64,000 nt of DNA from Victivallaceae bacterium (GTDB taxonomy: Bacteria > Verrucomicrobiota > Lentisphaeria > Victivallales > Victivallaceae), in the NCBI GenBank assembly GCA_045538635.1, contig JAZSRU010000128.1, forward strand, positions 1,044 through 65,043, written 5' to 3'. Shown piece after piece: positions 1-9,114 of the stretch. Below the pieces are notes generated by a model that had not been told where the DNA came from, ran no database searches, and saw only the letters and a list, made by a program, of their open reading frames with translations. Made by a program: the position numbers and the translations under genes. The first letter of the stretch is position 1. The number at the start of each line of letters is the position of its first letter.

Positions 1-2
1 TC

Positions 3-1160
3 GCACTGGCTGTATCATCATTCTTCCTTTATGAAAAAAGAGTGATTCTGATCAACGGGTGGGAAACTCTTACTACCAATATCAATAAAACCGCAGCCGA
101 ACTCGACAAAAACAGCGGCACCAAAGTCGCCGATGAACTCACTCCGGAAATCCTCCATCACACAAATCACAAAAACCTCGCCGAACAACTCGAAAAACTC
201 AATTCAAGCGCAGCCAGACTCGTCAAACAGCGCGACAACCTCGCTTCAACTCTCGTAGAAGTTTCAAAAATCGTGGAAGCCGGAGCCAAAGCTCCCAAGT
301 TCTCTGATATAACCACCATTGAATCCAGTGAAAATGCCGCAAAAAATGTTGCAGCTCAAGCCGCTCTTTTCAAAGCACGCCGCGATGCAGTACTCAACTC
401 ACTCGTCCGTTCAGGCAAACTCATCGGTGTCCCCATCAATGTCAACGATCTCAAGAGCGGCAATTCAGCCAAAGTCTTCAAAGCTTTTGATGACAAAATC
501 AACGCTCTCAAAGCTCAGCTTGCAGCTTACGAACAGACTTCACGCGAAATCGGACGCATCTCCGGCGCCGGTTCAATCGCTTTCAATGCATCAGCATACA
601 GATCTTCCCTCCAGAAACTCAAAAATTCTGTCCAGGCTCTCAAAGATAAATATAACGACAGTCAGCGCAAACTCAATGCAGCCAATGCAAAAATCAATCA
701 GCTCAACAATACTGTAAAACAACGCGATCAGCGCATTGTCAACCTCAATAAAACTATTCAGAAAAAAGAAACTGAAGTCAAACAGCTCAAACGCGCTCTC
801 GGCGTTGCCGAACACGAAATGCCCAATCCCTGGCTCGACGGCAGCAAAGAAGCAAGACTTGAAGTCAAGGGCAAAGTTATTGAAGTCAATGAAAAATTCG
901 GTTTCTATGTCATCAACATCGGCAACAATACACGCGTCCAGCAGCCTATCGGCAAAAAAATCAATTATGTCAACCCAAAAATCAACCCCAACATGAAGAT
1001 AACCGTCACCCGCAACATGGACAGCCCCGAAATGAAATTCATCTCAAAAGGCAAAATCACCAATGTTGCTGACGATTGTTCCATCATTGAAGTTACCGAA
1101 AACAACAATAAAGTCATGGTTGGCGATGATGTATTTTTCACCGCAGATGACCTTAAATAA
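3..1160 (+). CDS. hypothetical coiled-coil protein, 5' end cut by window edge
   Basis: The frame is open from nt 3 to the TAA at 1158-1160; track ORF 42..1160 only begins at an internal GTG. Upstream in-frame residues ALAVSSFFLYEKR look like the end of a TM segment. A long Lys/Gln/Asn/Leu-rich heptad-like region is followed by a beta-rich C-terminal ~90 aa. No family recognised. Confidence 0.6.
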   Translation, partial: ALAVSSFFLYEKRVILINGWETLTTNINKTAAELDKNSGTKVADELTPEILHHTNHKNLAEQLEKLNSSAARLVKQRDNLASTLVEVSKIVEAGAKAPKFSDITTIESSENAAKNVAAQAALFKARRDAVLNSLVRSGKLIGVPINVNDLKSGNSAKVFKAFDDKINALKAQLAAYEQTSREIGRISGAGSIAFNASAYRSSLQKLKNSVQALKDKYNDSQRKLNAANAKINQLNNTVKQRDQRIVNLNKTIQKKETEVKQLKRALGVAEHEMPNPWLDGSKEARLEVKGKVIEVNEKFGFYVINIGNNTRVQQPIGKKINYVNPKINPNMKITVTRNMDSPEMKFISKGKITNVADDCSIIEVTENNNKVMVGDDVFFTADDLK

Positions 1161-1175
1161 TAAGGAGAATGACCG

Positions 1176-1400
1176 ATGTCTTCAAAATTCACAACGACCG
1201 TCATCATCCTGACTGTTCTGGCATTGTGCGCAGCAGCATTTTTCCAATACAAGGAAATGGAATCTTTTGACCTGCCGCGCACTCTCAAAGAACGCTTCTT
1301 CCCCGCCCCGGCTGCAGTTGAAGCAGCCCCCGCTGAAGCCGCTCCGGCTGAAACACCGGCGGATACTGCACCGGCAGAACAGGCTCCGGCAAATCCTTGA
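1176..1400 (+). CDS. small membrane-anchored protein with Ala/Pro-rich tail
   Basis: AAGGAG RBS lies 8 nt upstream of the ATG. It has an N-terminal TM helix (TTVIILTVLALCAAAFF) and a C-terminal PAPAAVEAAPAEAAPAETPADTAPAEQAPANP low-complexity tail. Confidence 0.55.
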   Translation: MSSKFTTTVIILTVLALCAAAFFQYKEMESFDLPRTLKERFFPAPAAVEAAPAEAAPAETPADTAPAEQAPANP

Positions 1401-1417
1401 TATCAAGGCAGCTAAAT

Positions 1418-1573
1418 ATGAAAAAGAAACTTTTTTCATCAATCATAACGGTCGGAGTACTTCTCCCGGCCGTTTTATTTTTTACCGGTTGTTCACCACA
1501 GGAGCGTTCCGGAATCGGGCGCATACCGCACAACCGCCCGTCTGCATGGGAATATAACTCTTTTGCCCGTTAA
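1418..1573 (+). CDS. small putative lipoprotein (51 aa, below ORF-track cutoff)
   Basis: Hand translation gives MKKKLFSSIITVGVLLPAVLFFTGCSPQERSGIGRIPHNRPSAWEYNSFAR*. It has a basic n-region, a hydrophobic core and an FTGC lipobox-like motif. AAGG lies ~10 nt upstream. Confidence 0.45.
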   Translation: MKKKLFSSIITVGVLLPAVLFFTGCSPQERSGIGRIPHNRPSAWEYNSFAR

Positions 1574-1591
1574 CACCCGGAGTGATATATC

Positions 1592-2572
1592 ATGGCTATG
1601 TTGGAAGTGCGCGATCTCAATGTCTGTTTCCGCAAAAAAAACGGACTTTTCGGCAAAGAAAAAAAACTCTATGCCGTAAAAAATGTCAGTTTTGATATTG
1701 ATTCAAATCAAATCATCGGTCTGGTCGGCGAATCCGGATGCGGCAAAAGTACCCTCGGTCGTACAATCATGCAGCTTGAAAAAGCAGAATCCGGCTCAAT
1801 CAAATTTGACGGCATTGAACTGAATTCCCTGTCCGGCGCAAAATTGCGTAAATTCCGTAAAAACCTCCAGATGATATTTCAGGATCCATACAGTTCACTC
1901 AATCCGCGTATGACGATCCGCGCCGCACTTGATGAAGTATTGAAACTCCACACCAAACTCGATGAAACATGGCGAGAGAAACGCATCGTCGATCTGCTGC
2001 AGTCTGTCGGATTGACTTACGAAGCATTAAACCGTTATCCGCACCAGTTTTCCGGCGGACAAAGGCAACGCATAGGTATTGCCCGGGCATTGGCAGTTCA
2101 GCCGCGGCTGATTGTTGCGGATGAACCGGTTTCAGCATTGGATGTCAGCGTTCAGGCGGCAATCATCAATCTTTTGAGCGATATCCGCAAAACAAGCCGG
2201 ATTTCTTTTATCTTCATCGCTCATGACTTGAGCGTGGTCGAACATATCAGCGATACAATCATGGTAATGTATCTCGGTGAAATCGTTGAATCTGGACCTG
2301 CACATGAAGTTGTGCAAAATCCACAGCATCCTTATACAAAAGCCCTTCTCTCCGCAGTTCCCAAGATCACAGATACTCCGCAGAACAATTCCCGAATTAT
2401 TCTGCAGGGCGAACTGCCATCACCATGGGATGAACGGCATGGATGTGCATTTTTCAACCGCTGCCCCATGGCGCGTCCGGAATGTCAGAACATTGTTCCG
2501 GCGCTGGTATCTGCTGACGGAAGTGATCACTTCAGCAGCTGTATATTTCCGGAAGAAGTAAAGGATTTATAA
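1592..2572 (+). CDS. ABC transporter ATP-binding protein, oligopeptide/dipeptide (OppF/DppF) type
   Basis: Walker A GESGCGKST, signature FSGGQRQR, Walker B LIVADEPVSALD, H-loop IAHDL and the Opp-type C-terminal extension (HPYTKALLSAVP, Cys-rich tail). GGAG RBS present. Confidence 0.85.
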   Translation: MAMLEVRDLNVCFRKKNGLFGKEKKLYAVKNVSFDIDSNQIIGLVGESGCGKSTLGRTIMQLEKAESGSIKFDGIELNSLSGAKLRKFRKNLQMIFQDPYSSLNPRMTIRAALDEVLKLHTKLDETWREKRIVDLLQSVGLTYEALNRYPHQFSGGQRQRIGIARALAVQPRLIVADEPVSALDVSVQAAIINLLSDIRKTSRISFIFIAHDLSVVEHISDTIMVMYLGEIVESGPAHEVVQNPQHPYTKALLSAVPKITDTPQNNSRIILQGELPSPWDERHGCAFFNRCPMARPECQNIVPALVSADGSDHFSSCIFPEEVKDL

Positions 2573-2575
2573 TAT

Positions 2576-4306
2576 ATGAATATGCCCTCAATCGCCTCTT
2601 TCTATAAAAAGGCAACTATCATTGCGCTTGCCGCTGTCGTTTTGCGCCTTATCATATCATGGCAAATAAGCAAAATCACCTCTTTTGTGCAAATGCCTCC
2701 ATCAACTACCGATCTTGCAACATATATGAATCTGTCACGCTCGATCATAAATGGAACTTTTGAGGGAGCGTTTTATTACCAGCCGTTTTATTACGCGGCA
2801 TTTCTGCCTGCAGTACTGCTGATTTTCGGACAAAATGTCTGGGCAGTCATCACGGTACAGGCAATCCTCGGCGGTCTGACCGTATTTTTTGCCGCATGGT
2901 GCGCCAGAATCATTTTCAATGAAAAAAGCGGAATCATTACTGCTCTGCTCCTCACATTATCCAATGTCCTTATTTTCTACACTCCGTTTCACAAGATTGC
3001 AACATTGCAAACCTTTATGGTTACAATGTTTACATTTTTTCTGGTGCTTGCATTCAATGATAAAAAAGTACGCCTGCGGTATTGGATTTGCGCCGGAGCA
3101 TTTCTCGGAATGGGGTGCGCGGCAAGAGGCAATCTCTACATTATGCTTACCGGACTTATCCCATTGCTGCTGTGGAAGTTCCCGATAAAAAAATCCATTA
3201 TACGCATTATGGTTATTATCGGCATGACAATTTTGATGCAACTGCCGTTCATAATATATAACTCCATACAGGAAAAGCGTTTATGCGGCAGTTCAACCGC
3301 TTCCTCTGCTGTTCTCGCGCTCGGCAATACTCCCGAAGCTCCTCCCGGCGGACTGGAATATCCGGAAAGCTATCATGTTTTCATGAAAAATGAAAAAAAC
3401 CGCAGCGTTCCGCTGCAGATTATCGACTATCTGCTGTCGGAACCACTTGCATATCTGGAACTTACATTTCGCAAAGTGATATTTTTCTACGACAGCAAAG
3501 ACATTCCGAACAATGTAAATATCACACTTCAGGGCGGCTCATTTCTCAATAACAACATTACCGGCTGGGTCGGCTGGATACTGCTGCTGGGAATCGGCGG
3601 TATCTTTTTCAATCTGAAAAAAATGTTCAAAGAGCGCGACTTCGGAATGCTGATCGTGACATCCAATATAATATTTTACGGCTTGTCAATATCAATGTTC
3701 TACAATCTTGCCCGCTTCCGCGCCCCTATTCTGCCGGCAATGGCAATTATCGGAGGGATTTTCACAGTTCAATGTTACGAAAAATTCAAAAACAAAGATT
3801 ATAAATTCCCGGCATTGGCATTATGCTTCGGGACAGCAGTTGCAGTACTGCTGACACCGGCGTATTGCAGTTATGAAAAATATATCATGCGGCTTGTCCG
3901 TCCTCAAGGCACTCACATAACTGCCATCACCGGCAATAAAGCTGTTGCCGACAACGGGCCGGTAAACTTCGGCGGCCACAGCCTTGCCCAAGTCAGAGAA
4001 AATGATATTATAGAAAAAAGTTTTGCCGGACTTCCCGCCGATGCACAGGGACTGCTGCAAATTTCACCATTTATGTTCAAAAGAATCCTGTTGGAAATCA
4101 ACGGCAGAAGAATGTATTGGGACAATAAACAAGGTTCCTCTCTCCGCGTGCCATGCCGTCTGGTCAACGGCAAAATTTCAATAAAGATTTTGAAACTTGA
4201 AGCTGATTCCCCCGGATTTATTTTTGACTCGCAACGCAATTACAAACGCTCCGCACTCAACGGTGAAATACTTGACGGCGAATGGGCAATGAAATTTTAT
4301 TATTGA
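2576..4306 (+). CDS. GT-C fold membrane glycosyltransferase (ArnT / PMT family-39-like)
   Basis: 576 aa polytopic membrane protein. The N-terminal third is typical of family 39 (ATYMNLSRS..., YYQPFYYAAFLPAVLLIFG) with many TM helices, followed by a soluble C-terminal ~150 aa domain. Confidence 0.5.
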   Translation: MNMPSIASFYKKATIIALAAVVLRLIISWQISKITSFVQMPPSTTDLATYMNLSRSIINGTFEGAFYYQPFYYAAFLPAVLLIFGQNVWAVITVQAILGGLTVFFAAWCARIIFNEKSGIITALLLTLSNVLIFYTPFHKIATLQTFMVTMFTFFLVLAFNDKKVRLRYWICAGAFLGMGCAARGNLYIMLTGLIPLLLWKFPIKKSIIRIMVIIGMTILMQLPFIIYNSIQEKRLCGSSTASSAVLALGNTPEAPPGGLEYPESYHVFMKNEKNRSVPLQIIDYLLSEPLAYLELTFRKVIFFYDSKDIPNNVNITLQGGSFLNNNITGWVGWILLLGIGGIFFNLKKMFKERDFGMLIVTSNIIFYGLSISMFYNLARFRAPILPAMAIIGGIFTVQCYEKFKNKDYKFPALALCFGTAVAVLLTPAYCSYEKYIMRLVRPQGTHITAITGNKAVADNGPVNFGGHSLAQVRENDIIEKSFAGLPADAQGLLQISPFMFKRILLEINGRRMYWDNKQGSSLRVPCRLVNGKISIKILKLEADSPGFIFDSQRNYKRSALNGEILDGEWAMKFYY

Positions 4307-4313
4307 GGTTTTC

Positions 4314-4823
4314 ATGGGAATTTTCAATACTAAATGGCCGTTTTATTTCAGCGGGACAATGCTTGCATTTTTCGTTCTGCTGAGCATGTACATTCTCAAT
4401 GATATTATCGGCATGGGCGAATCCATGACCGCTGTCAATGAATTCTGCACCAAAACCGTCGAAAGCGGAACAGTACGCGGAATTCCTTTTGATTACTGCA
4501 CAGTTTTTGCGATGGGGATCATGCTGGGGGCATTTACCGCATCCATTTTCAGCGGCAATTTCAAAATCCAGTTTGCGCCGGATTGCGGCGGATCATTTAC
4601 CTCGCGTCAATTCAAAGGAGTTGCCGGGGGTTTTACCGGAGGCTTTCTGACCATGCTCGGAGTTCAACTGTCCGGTGAAAATATTTTAGGTCACATGACA
4701 GGAGTCATCCAGTTATCCGGCAGTTCATGGCTGTTTCTTTCTGCCATGCTGTTCAGCGGAATAATTCTTGCCATAATCTTTGACCGCAAAGGCATTTCAC
4801 AGGAGGACAGGGAAACAAAATGA
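4314..4823 (+). CDS. YeeE/YedE-like (sulfur-transport family) membrane protein, first half-gene
   Basis: 169 aa with 4-5 TM helices and a Gly-rich motif GGFTGGFLTMLGVQLSGENILGH resembling the GGxLxGxGxxLAGGC repeat of the family. Its end overlaps the next gene by 4 nt (ATGA). Confidence 0.4.
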   Translation: MGIFNTKWPFYFSGTMLAFFVLLSMYILNDIIGMGESMTAVNEFCTKTVESGTVRGIPFDYCTVFAMGIMLGAFTASIFSGNFKIQFAPDCGGSFTSRQFKGVAGGFTGGFLTMLGVQLSGENILGHMTGVIQLSGSSWLFLSAMLFSGIILAIIFDRKGISQEDRETK

Positions 4824-5383
4824 ATACACCTCTCAATCTTTCTCCGCTGGCAAAGCTCATTGCCGCCGGCTTTCTGGGATTTGCCGTCGGCTTTGTGCTG
4901 ATGGAAAGCGATTTGATATGGCGCAGAACTGTATTCGGTATATTTCTGCTGAAAGACGGACGGCTGATAAAGACCATATTATTGTATCTTATCTTCGGCT
5001 GTATCGGATTTTTTCTGCTGCGTCGCATGAATCTGGTTGAAGTACATACTGTGGATGGTTACTTCTGGTCCGCTCTGATTGGTGGTTTGACCGCGGGAAC
5101 CGGCATGGTATTGTGCGGTTTTACCCCGACCAATGCGATTGCCTCATTGAGCTGCGGCAGATTGTATGTGCTGTGGACATTGCTGGGGATGATAATTTCC
5201 ATTCCGTTTGTCAAATACGCCAATTCTTTTCTGTCAAAAACGATTTACAGTTGGAGCGACAGGCTGCTCGGCACCGCGCAGCCGATGCAATTTCTGAATC
5301 CGGCAAACCCGGCACTGTATATTGTCGTAATTTCAGCGTTTCTGATATTCCTCGTCCACTTCACAATCGGCGACAGGGAGTAA
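4820..5383 (+). CDS. YeeE/YedE-like membrane protein, second half-gene
   Basis: 187 aa with the motif LIGGLTAGTGMVLCGFTPTNAI. It is translationally coupled to the preceding half-gene, as in paired YeeE/YedE genes. Confidence 0.4.
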   Translation: MNTPLNLSPLAKLIAAGFLGFAVGFVLMESDLIWRRTVFGIFLLKDGRLIKTILLYLIFGCIGFFLLRRMNLVEVHTVDGYFWSALIGGLTAGTGMVLCGFTPTNAIASLSCGRLYVLWTLLGMIISIPFVKYANSFLSKTIYSWSDRLLGTAQPMQFLNPANPALYIVVISAFLIFLVHFTIGDRE

Positions 5384-5388
5384 AATGA

Positions 5389-6441
5389 TTATATGCGGGT
5401 AACGACGCATTTATTTTCAAATGCCTCGGGATTTATGTTTGTCTTTTTGGGAACAGAAACCTTTTTCAGACTGAAACAATTATCAAATGCGCCTGATTGA
5501 ATATTTTCCATGGATGCGGGTATTTTGATATCCTCCAGCGCAGTACAGCGCATAAAAGCATACTGCCCTATTTCTCTCACCCCTTCCGGAATGACAATTT
5601 TTTTCAGGTCATAACACATTTTGAATGCGCCGAAAGAAATTTTCCTTACCGAAGCAGGTATCCTTACATTCTGCATTTTTTTGCATGCCTCAAAAGCACA
5701 ACTGCCGATTTCGGTCACGCCATCCGGTATATTATAAACACCTTTGAATGACGGTGGGAGATACAAAATGACTGTTCCATTGCTATCATACAATGCACCA
5801 TATCCGTCCAGTTTGAAATATTTATTATCCGGAGCCACTTTCACCGATTTGATATTAGCAAATGCGCCGCCTTTTATGGAATTAACATTCGCCGGAATGG
5901 TAATTTCATTCAATCCGGTACACCAGTTGAATGAAGAATACCCGATAGATAAAACGCTGTCAGGAATTTGTATATTTTTCAAGCTCTTGCAATTATAAAA
6001 AGCATAATTGTCAATTTTTCTTACGGTATCAGGGATTTTGATATCAGTCAGGTTCACACATCCATAAAATGCAGACTCACCGATTTCAATCAATCCGGCG
6101 GGCAGCACCACCTGTTTCAAATTCTTACACCCGTAAAACGCATCTTTTTCAATGATACTGACGCCCTCAGGGATAATAACTTTTTCGATTGCCGTATTAT
6201 AGAAAAAAGCTCTGCTGCCGATTTTTTCGACGCAGGACGGAATGACCAGTTCACCGCTGAAATTCTGCGGACAGTACATTAAAATCCTGCCGTCCTTACT
6301 GAATTTCAACCCCAATTTTTCAGCTGTATTTTTTTCGATCATCCCGCATCCGGCGACACAAAAAACAACCATTATCAACAAAAACAAACTGTAAATCCTC
6401 TGCATAACAAACCTCCGGGAAAATTGATATTGAATTTGCAA
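5389..6441 (-). CDS. BspA-type leucine-rich-repeat surface lipoprotein
   Basis: Eleven or more ~23-25 aa repeats of the form IP.gV..Ig..AF..C..L..i. Signal peptide with lipobox VAGC. The true start may be Met13 (6405). Confidence 0.85.
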   Translation of the reverse strand: MQIQYQFSRRFVMQRIYSLFLLIMVVFCVAGCGMIEKNTAEKLGLKFSKDGRILMYCPQNFSGELVIPSCVEKIGSRAFFYNTAIEKVIIPEGVSIIEKDAFYGCKNLKQVVLPAGLIEIGESAFYGCVNLTDIKIPDTVRKIDNYAFYNCKSLKNIQIPDSVLSIGYSSFNWCTGLNEITIPANVNSIKGGAFANIKSVKVAPDNKYFKLDGYGALYDSNGTVILYLPPSFKGVYNIPDGVTEIGSCAFEACKKMQNVRIPASVRKISFGAFKMCYDLKKIVIPEGVREIGQYAFMRCTALEDIKIPASMENIQSGAFDNCFSLKKVSVPKKTNINPEAFENKCVVTRI

Positions 6442-6749
6442 TAAATATAAATGCGATAAATAATAATTTCAAGTTCTTATTTTGAAAATATCTTCTTTAT
6501 TATTATCTGACATTTTGTCAAATATCTTTATATTTCACAAAATTCCGTATAACAACTATATTTTACAAAGTAAAATTACACAAGATTTCTTTGAAAAAAG
6601 TTTTTTCTTCTCCCTCCTGTAACAAATCAGTCTTCTTTTATAACACAGCCTGATTATAAAAACACTGCTGTCTGTCAAACGTTTTCATATAAAAAATTAT
6701 CATATCGGAAAATGCATTGAAGTTTTGCGAAAAAAAACAGATAAAGCTC

Positions 6750-6777
6750 TTTACAAAACACAAAAATGCGTTATATT
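6750..6777 (+). promoter_or_regulatory. candidate sigma70-type promoter for tRNA-Arg
   Basis: TTTACA (6750-6755), 16 nt spacer, TATATT (6772-6777). The tRNA 5' end lies 12 nt downstream. Confidence 0.4.
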
Positions 6778-6788
6778 ATACACCAAAT

Positions 6789-6865
6789 GCACCCGTAGCT
6801 CAGTTGGATAGAGCGTCTGCCTCCGGAGTAGAAGGCCGTGGGTTCGAATCCCGCCGGGTGTACCA
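6789..6865 (+). tRNA. tRNA-Arg (anticodon CCG), CCA encoded
   Basis: Cloverleaf folded by hand: acceptor GCACCCG/CGGGTGT, D-arm GCTC-AGTTGGATA-GAGC, anticodon arm TCTGC-CTCCGGA-GTAGA, variable AGGCC, T-arm GTGGG-TTCGAAT-CCCGC, discriminator A plus CCA. Confidence 0.95.
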
Positions 6866-6878
6866 ATCAGACAAAATT

Positions 6879-6940
6879 TGTGAAAAATGCAAAAATCAAC
6901 CTCGTAAATAAATTTACGGTTGATTTTTTTATTTTTCACA
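6879..6940 (+). terminator. long hairpin terminator downstream of tRNA-Arg
   Basis: Outer stem TGTGAAAAAT (6879-6888) pairs with ATTTTTCACA (6931-6940). Inner stem AAAATCAACC(T)CGTAAA pairs with TTTACGGTTGATTTT, and the descending arm contains a T7 run. Confidence 0.55.
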
Positions 6941-7010
6941 TTTCGCGTGTTGTTACACGCAAAATTTTGTTTGATTGTTGCCTTGCGCTTTTGCTTCGCA
7001 AAATGCTCAC

Positions 7011-7052
7011 GCACCCCGCCTGCGGCGTGGTCGAATCCCGCCGGGTGTACCA
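7011..7052 (+). pseudogene. internally deleted copy of tRNA-Arg (acceptor plus T-arm plus CCA only)
   Basis: GCACCC(C)G..GCGTGG-TCGAATCCCGCCGGGTGTACCA. The last 22 nt (7031-7052) are identical to tRNA positions 6844-6865, and the first 6 nt equal the tRNA 5' acceptor strand. The D and anticodon arms are missing. Confidence 0.7.
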
Positions 7053-7369
7053 TTTTTTATACTCAAAAGTGGCATTTCTTCCCCAAACTTCCCCATTCAA
7101 CTTGCAAAGTTAACTTTCGTATGCTATATTGTGCCATAATCTGTCAAAACAGGTTATTGAAATGAAAATAAACAAAAATATTGCCAAAAGAATGAGTAAA
7201 CTTCAAGGTTGTTGAACAGCATAAGTGCAGCATAGAACAGTGGAATTGAAGTTTTTCACGCAAAAGATAAAATCGGGAAAAACAATTATCGCAATGCTTT
7301 TATACATGCGAAAAATTCATCCCTGCTTTATAATTATTTGGCAAAATTGGTGAATGAATAAAAAAAATC

Positions 7370-8341
7370 TTGAAAAGTATGTTGCGTATTCTGTCGGCAG
7401 TGGCAATTTTTTGCGGAATTGTCCTGCTTGTTTATGCGTTATGGCAGCCGGGAAGCAGCAAGGTATTGCCGAAGTTTGAAAATAATGCGATTTGGCTCGG
7501 TCATGGTTGGCTCGGTGATGATTTATGGTTCAAACGCAATAAACGGAATGTTGAAGATTTCCGATGTGCAAAAAAAATAGAAAAACTTTTTAATAAACTC
7601 GCCGATAATGATATAAAAACTGTTTATCCACACCTTTGCCCTGCGCAATTCAACGGCAGAATAGCCGCTTATAATGATGAACAAATTGAACGCTTTCTTG
7701 ATATTGCCGTCAAATATAAAATAAAAGTCATTCCGTGGGTCGGCGGCGTTTTTGAAGAATCTGCCCGCCCCGCAGATGAAAAATGGCGGCAGAATTTTGT
7801 TTCCTCCGTTGCTGAATTATTGCAAAAACATCCGCGATTGGCTGGCGTGCAACTCAATATTGAGCCTATGCCGAGTGGGAACCGTGATTTTTTGATCCTG
7901 CTGGACGAATTGAATGTTGCCATACAGGGAAAAATTTTGAGTATTGCCGCATATCCGCCGCCGACAGTCTGGCATCGTTTTCCGTCGGTGCATTGGGATT
8001 TGAAGTATCTTGCAGAAGCAGGCAAACGAGCAGATCAGATGGCTGTAATGATGTATGATACGGCGATTCCGTACCGGAAATTTTATATAAACCTTTACAA
8101 ACAATGGATCAATGATTTATCAAAAGCATTGAATGGGATAAATACGGAAATTCTGCTTGGAATCCCTGCTTATGAAGATGCGGGAGTCGGCTATCATCAT
8201 CCGGATGTTGAAAATATTTCAGCTGCATTATCTGCAATTTCAGCAAGTAAATTCACCAAAAATATCAGCGGCATAGCCATTTACTGCGAATGGGAAATGA
8301 CAACCGGAAAATGGCAAATCTGGCAGGAATACACAAAATAA
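7370..8341 (+). CDS. membrane-anchored hypothetical protein, possibly a glycoside-hydrolase-like TIM barrel
   Basis: N-terminal TM (LRILSAVAIFCGIVLLVYALW). Alternating beta/alpha pattern with GVQLNIEP and IPWVGG motifs reminiscent of GH18/GHL-type barrels. The function call is tentative. An alternative ATG start is at 7379. Confidence 0.35.
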   Translation: MKSMLRILSAVAIFCGIVLLVYALWQPGSSKVLPKFENNAIWLGHGWLGDDLWFKRNKRNVEDFRCAKKIEKLFNKLADNDIKTVYPHLCPAQFNGRIAAYNDEQIERFLDIAVKYKIKVIPWVGGVFEESARPADEKWRQNFVSSVAELLQKHPRLAGVQLNIEPMPSGNRDFLILLDELNVAIQGKILSIAAYPPPTVWHRFPSVHWDLKYLAEAGKRADQMAVMMYDTAIPYRKFYINLYKQWINDLSKALNGINTEILLGIPAYEDAGVGYHHPDVENISAALSAISASKFTKNISGIAIYCEWEMTTGKWQIWQEYTK

Positions 8342-8380
8342 AACTCCAGCTGCATTTTTTCAGGGGGAGTTTTATTTTAT
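8341..8380. terminator. possible bidirectional terminator between convergent genes
   Basis: AAACTCC (8341-8347) pairs with GGAGTTT (8366-8372), with T-rich sequence on both sides. The loop is long (18 nt), so the call is weak. Confidence 0.3.
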
Positions 8381-8385
8381 TTGTG

Positions 8386-9102
8386 TTACGCACTCAAAAA
8401 TTTTACTGCCGCCGGCAATTCACGGAAATTATATATGATATAATCAGCTTCTATATCAAAACAGCTCTGCTCTCCCTGATTTGAACGGAAAAATACCGTT
8501 TTCATCCCCAAGTGATGCGCTCCGTATATATCACGGTACATATCATTGCCGATCAATATAACTTCCTCCGGACTTAATTCCATTCGCTCCAAAACCATTG
8601 CAAACATCCGGGGATCAGGTTTTCTGAATCCATATTCACTTGACACTACGCATTTCTGAAAATATTTATCCAATCCTACCGAGCGCATTTCCGGTATTGC
8701 CCAGACTTTCTGTCCATCAGAAACCGCCGCCATCCGGTAATCCCGCTTCAATTCATCCAGTACATCCCGCACTCCATCGTATAATTCAAGTTTATATCTG
8801 CATGCCGCCCGGAAAACTATTGCACAATCCCGCGGATTTGCCGTAACTCTGCCGCCTTTGCCGTAGCGCAAAATTATTTCTCCGAATAATGCGACAACAT
8901 CAAATTCAGGAAACTCCTCAAAACTCTCCTTTTTCTGCCGACGCAGCAAAGAAAAATATTCCTCCCGCAATTTATCCGCCGATATCTGCACCCCGTAATA
9001 ATCCAGAAAATTCGCCGTTACCCGGTATATTTCCCAATCACTTTCTCCGGTATAAATGTCAATCACAGTTCCATTCAAATCAAATATCAATCCTTTTATC
9101 AT
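8386..9102 (-). CDS. HAD-superfamily hydrolase (subfamily IA phosphatase-like)
   Basis: Motif I FDLNGTVID (DxD-type nucleophile), motif II AAVSDGQ, and motifs III/IV K...GNDMYRDIYGA. Confidence 0.8.
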   Translation of the reverse strand: MIKGLIFDLNGTVIDIYTGESDWEIYRVTANFLDYYGVQISADKLREEYFSLLRRQKKESFEEFPEFDVVALFGEIILRYGKGGRVTANPRDCAIVFRAACRYKLELYDGVRDVLDELKRDYRMAAVSDGQKVWAIPEMRSVGLDKYFQKCVVSSEYGFRKPDPRMFAMVLERMELSPEEVILIGNDMYRDIYGAHHLGMKTVFFRSNQGEQSCFDIEADYIIYNFRELPAAVKFLSA

Positions 9103-9114
9103 ATTCAGCTCCTC

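Noticed and set aside
6717-7165. Track ORFs overlapping the tRNA locus (6717..6911, 6751..7053, 6838..7113, 6920..7165), and the idea of a resident integrated element at the tRNA.
   Set aside because: The ORFs overlap the tRNA, its terminator hairpin or the tRNA fragment and have no coding features. No integrase, excisionase or cargo lies between or beside the repeats, so only a scar is reported.
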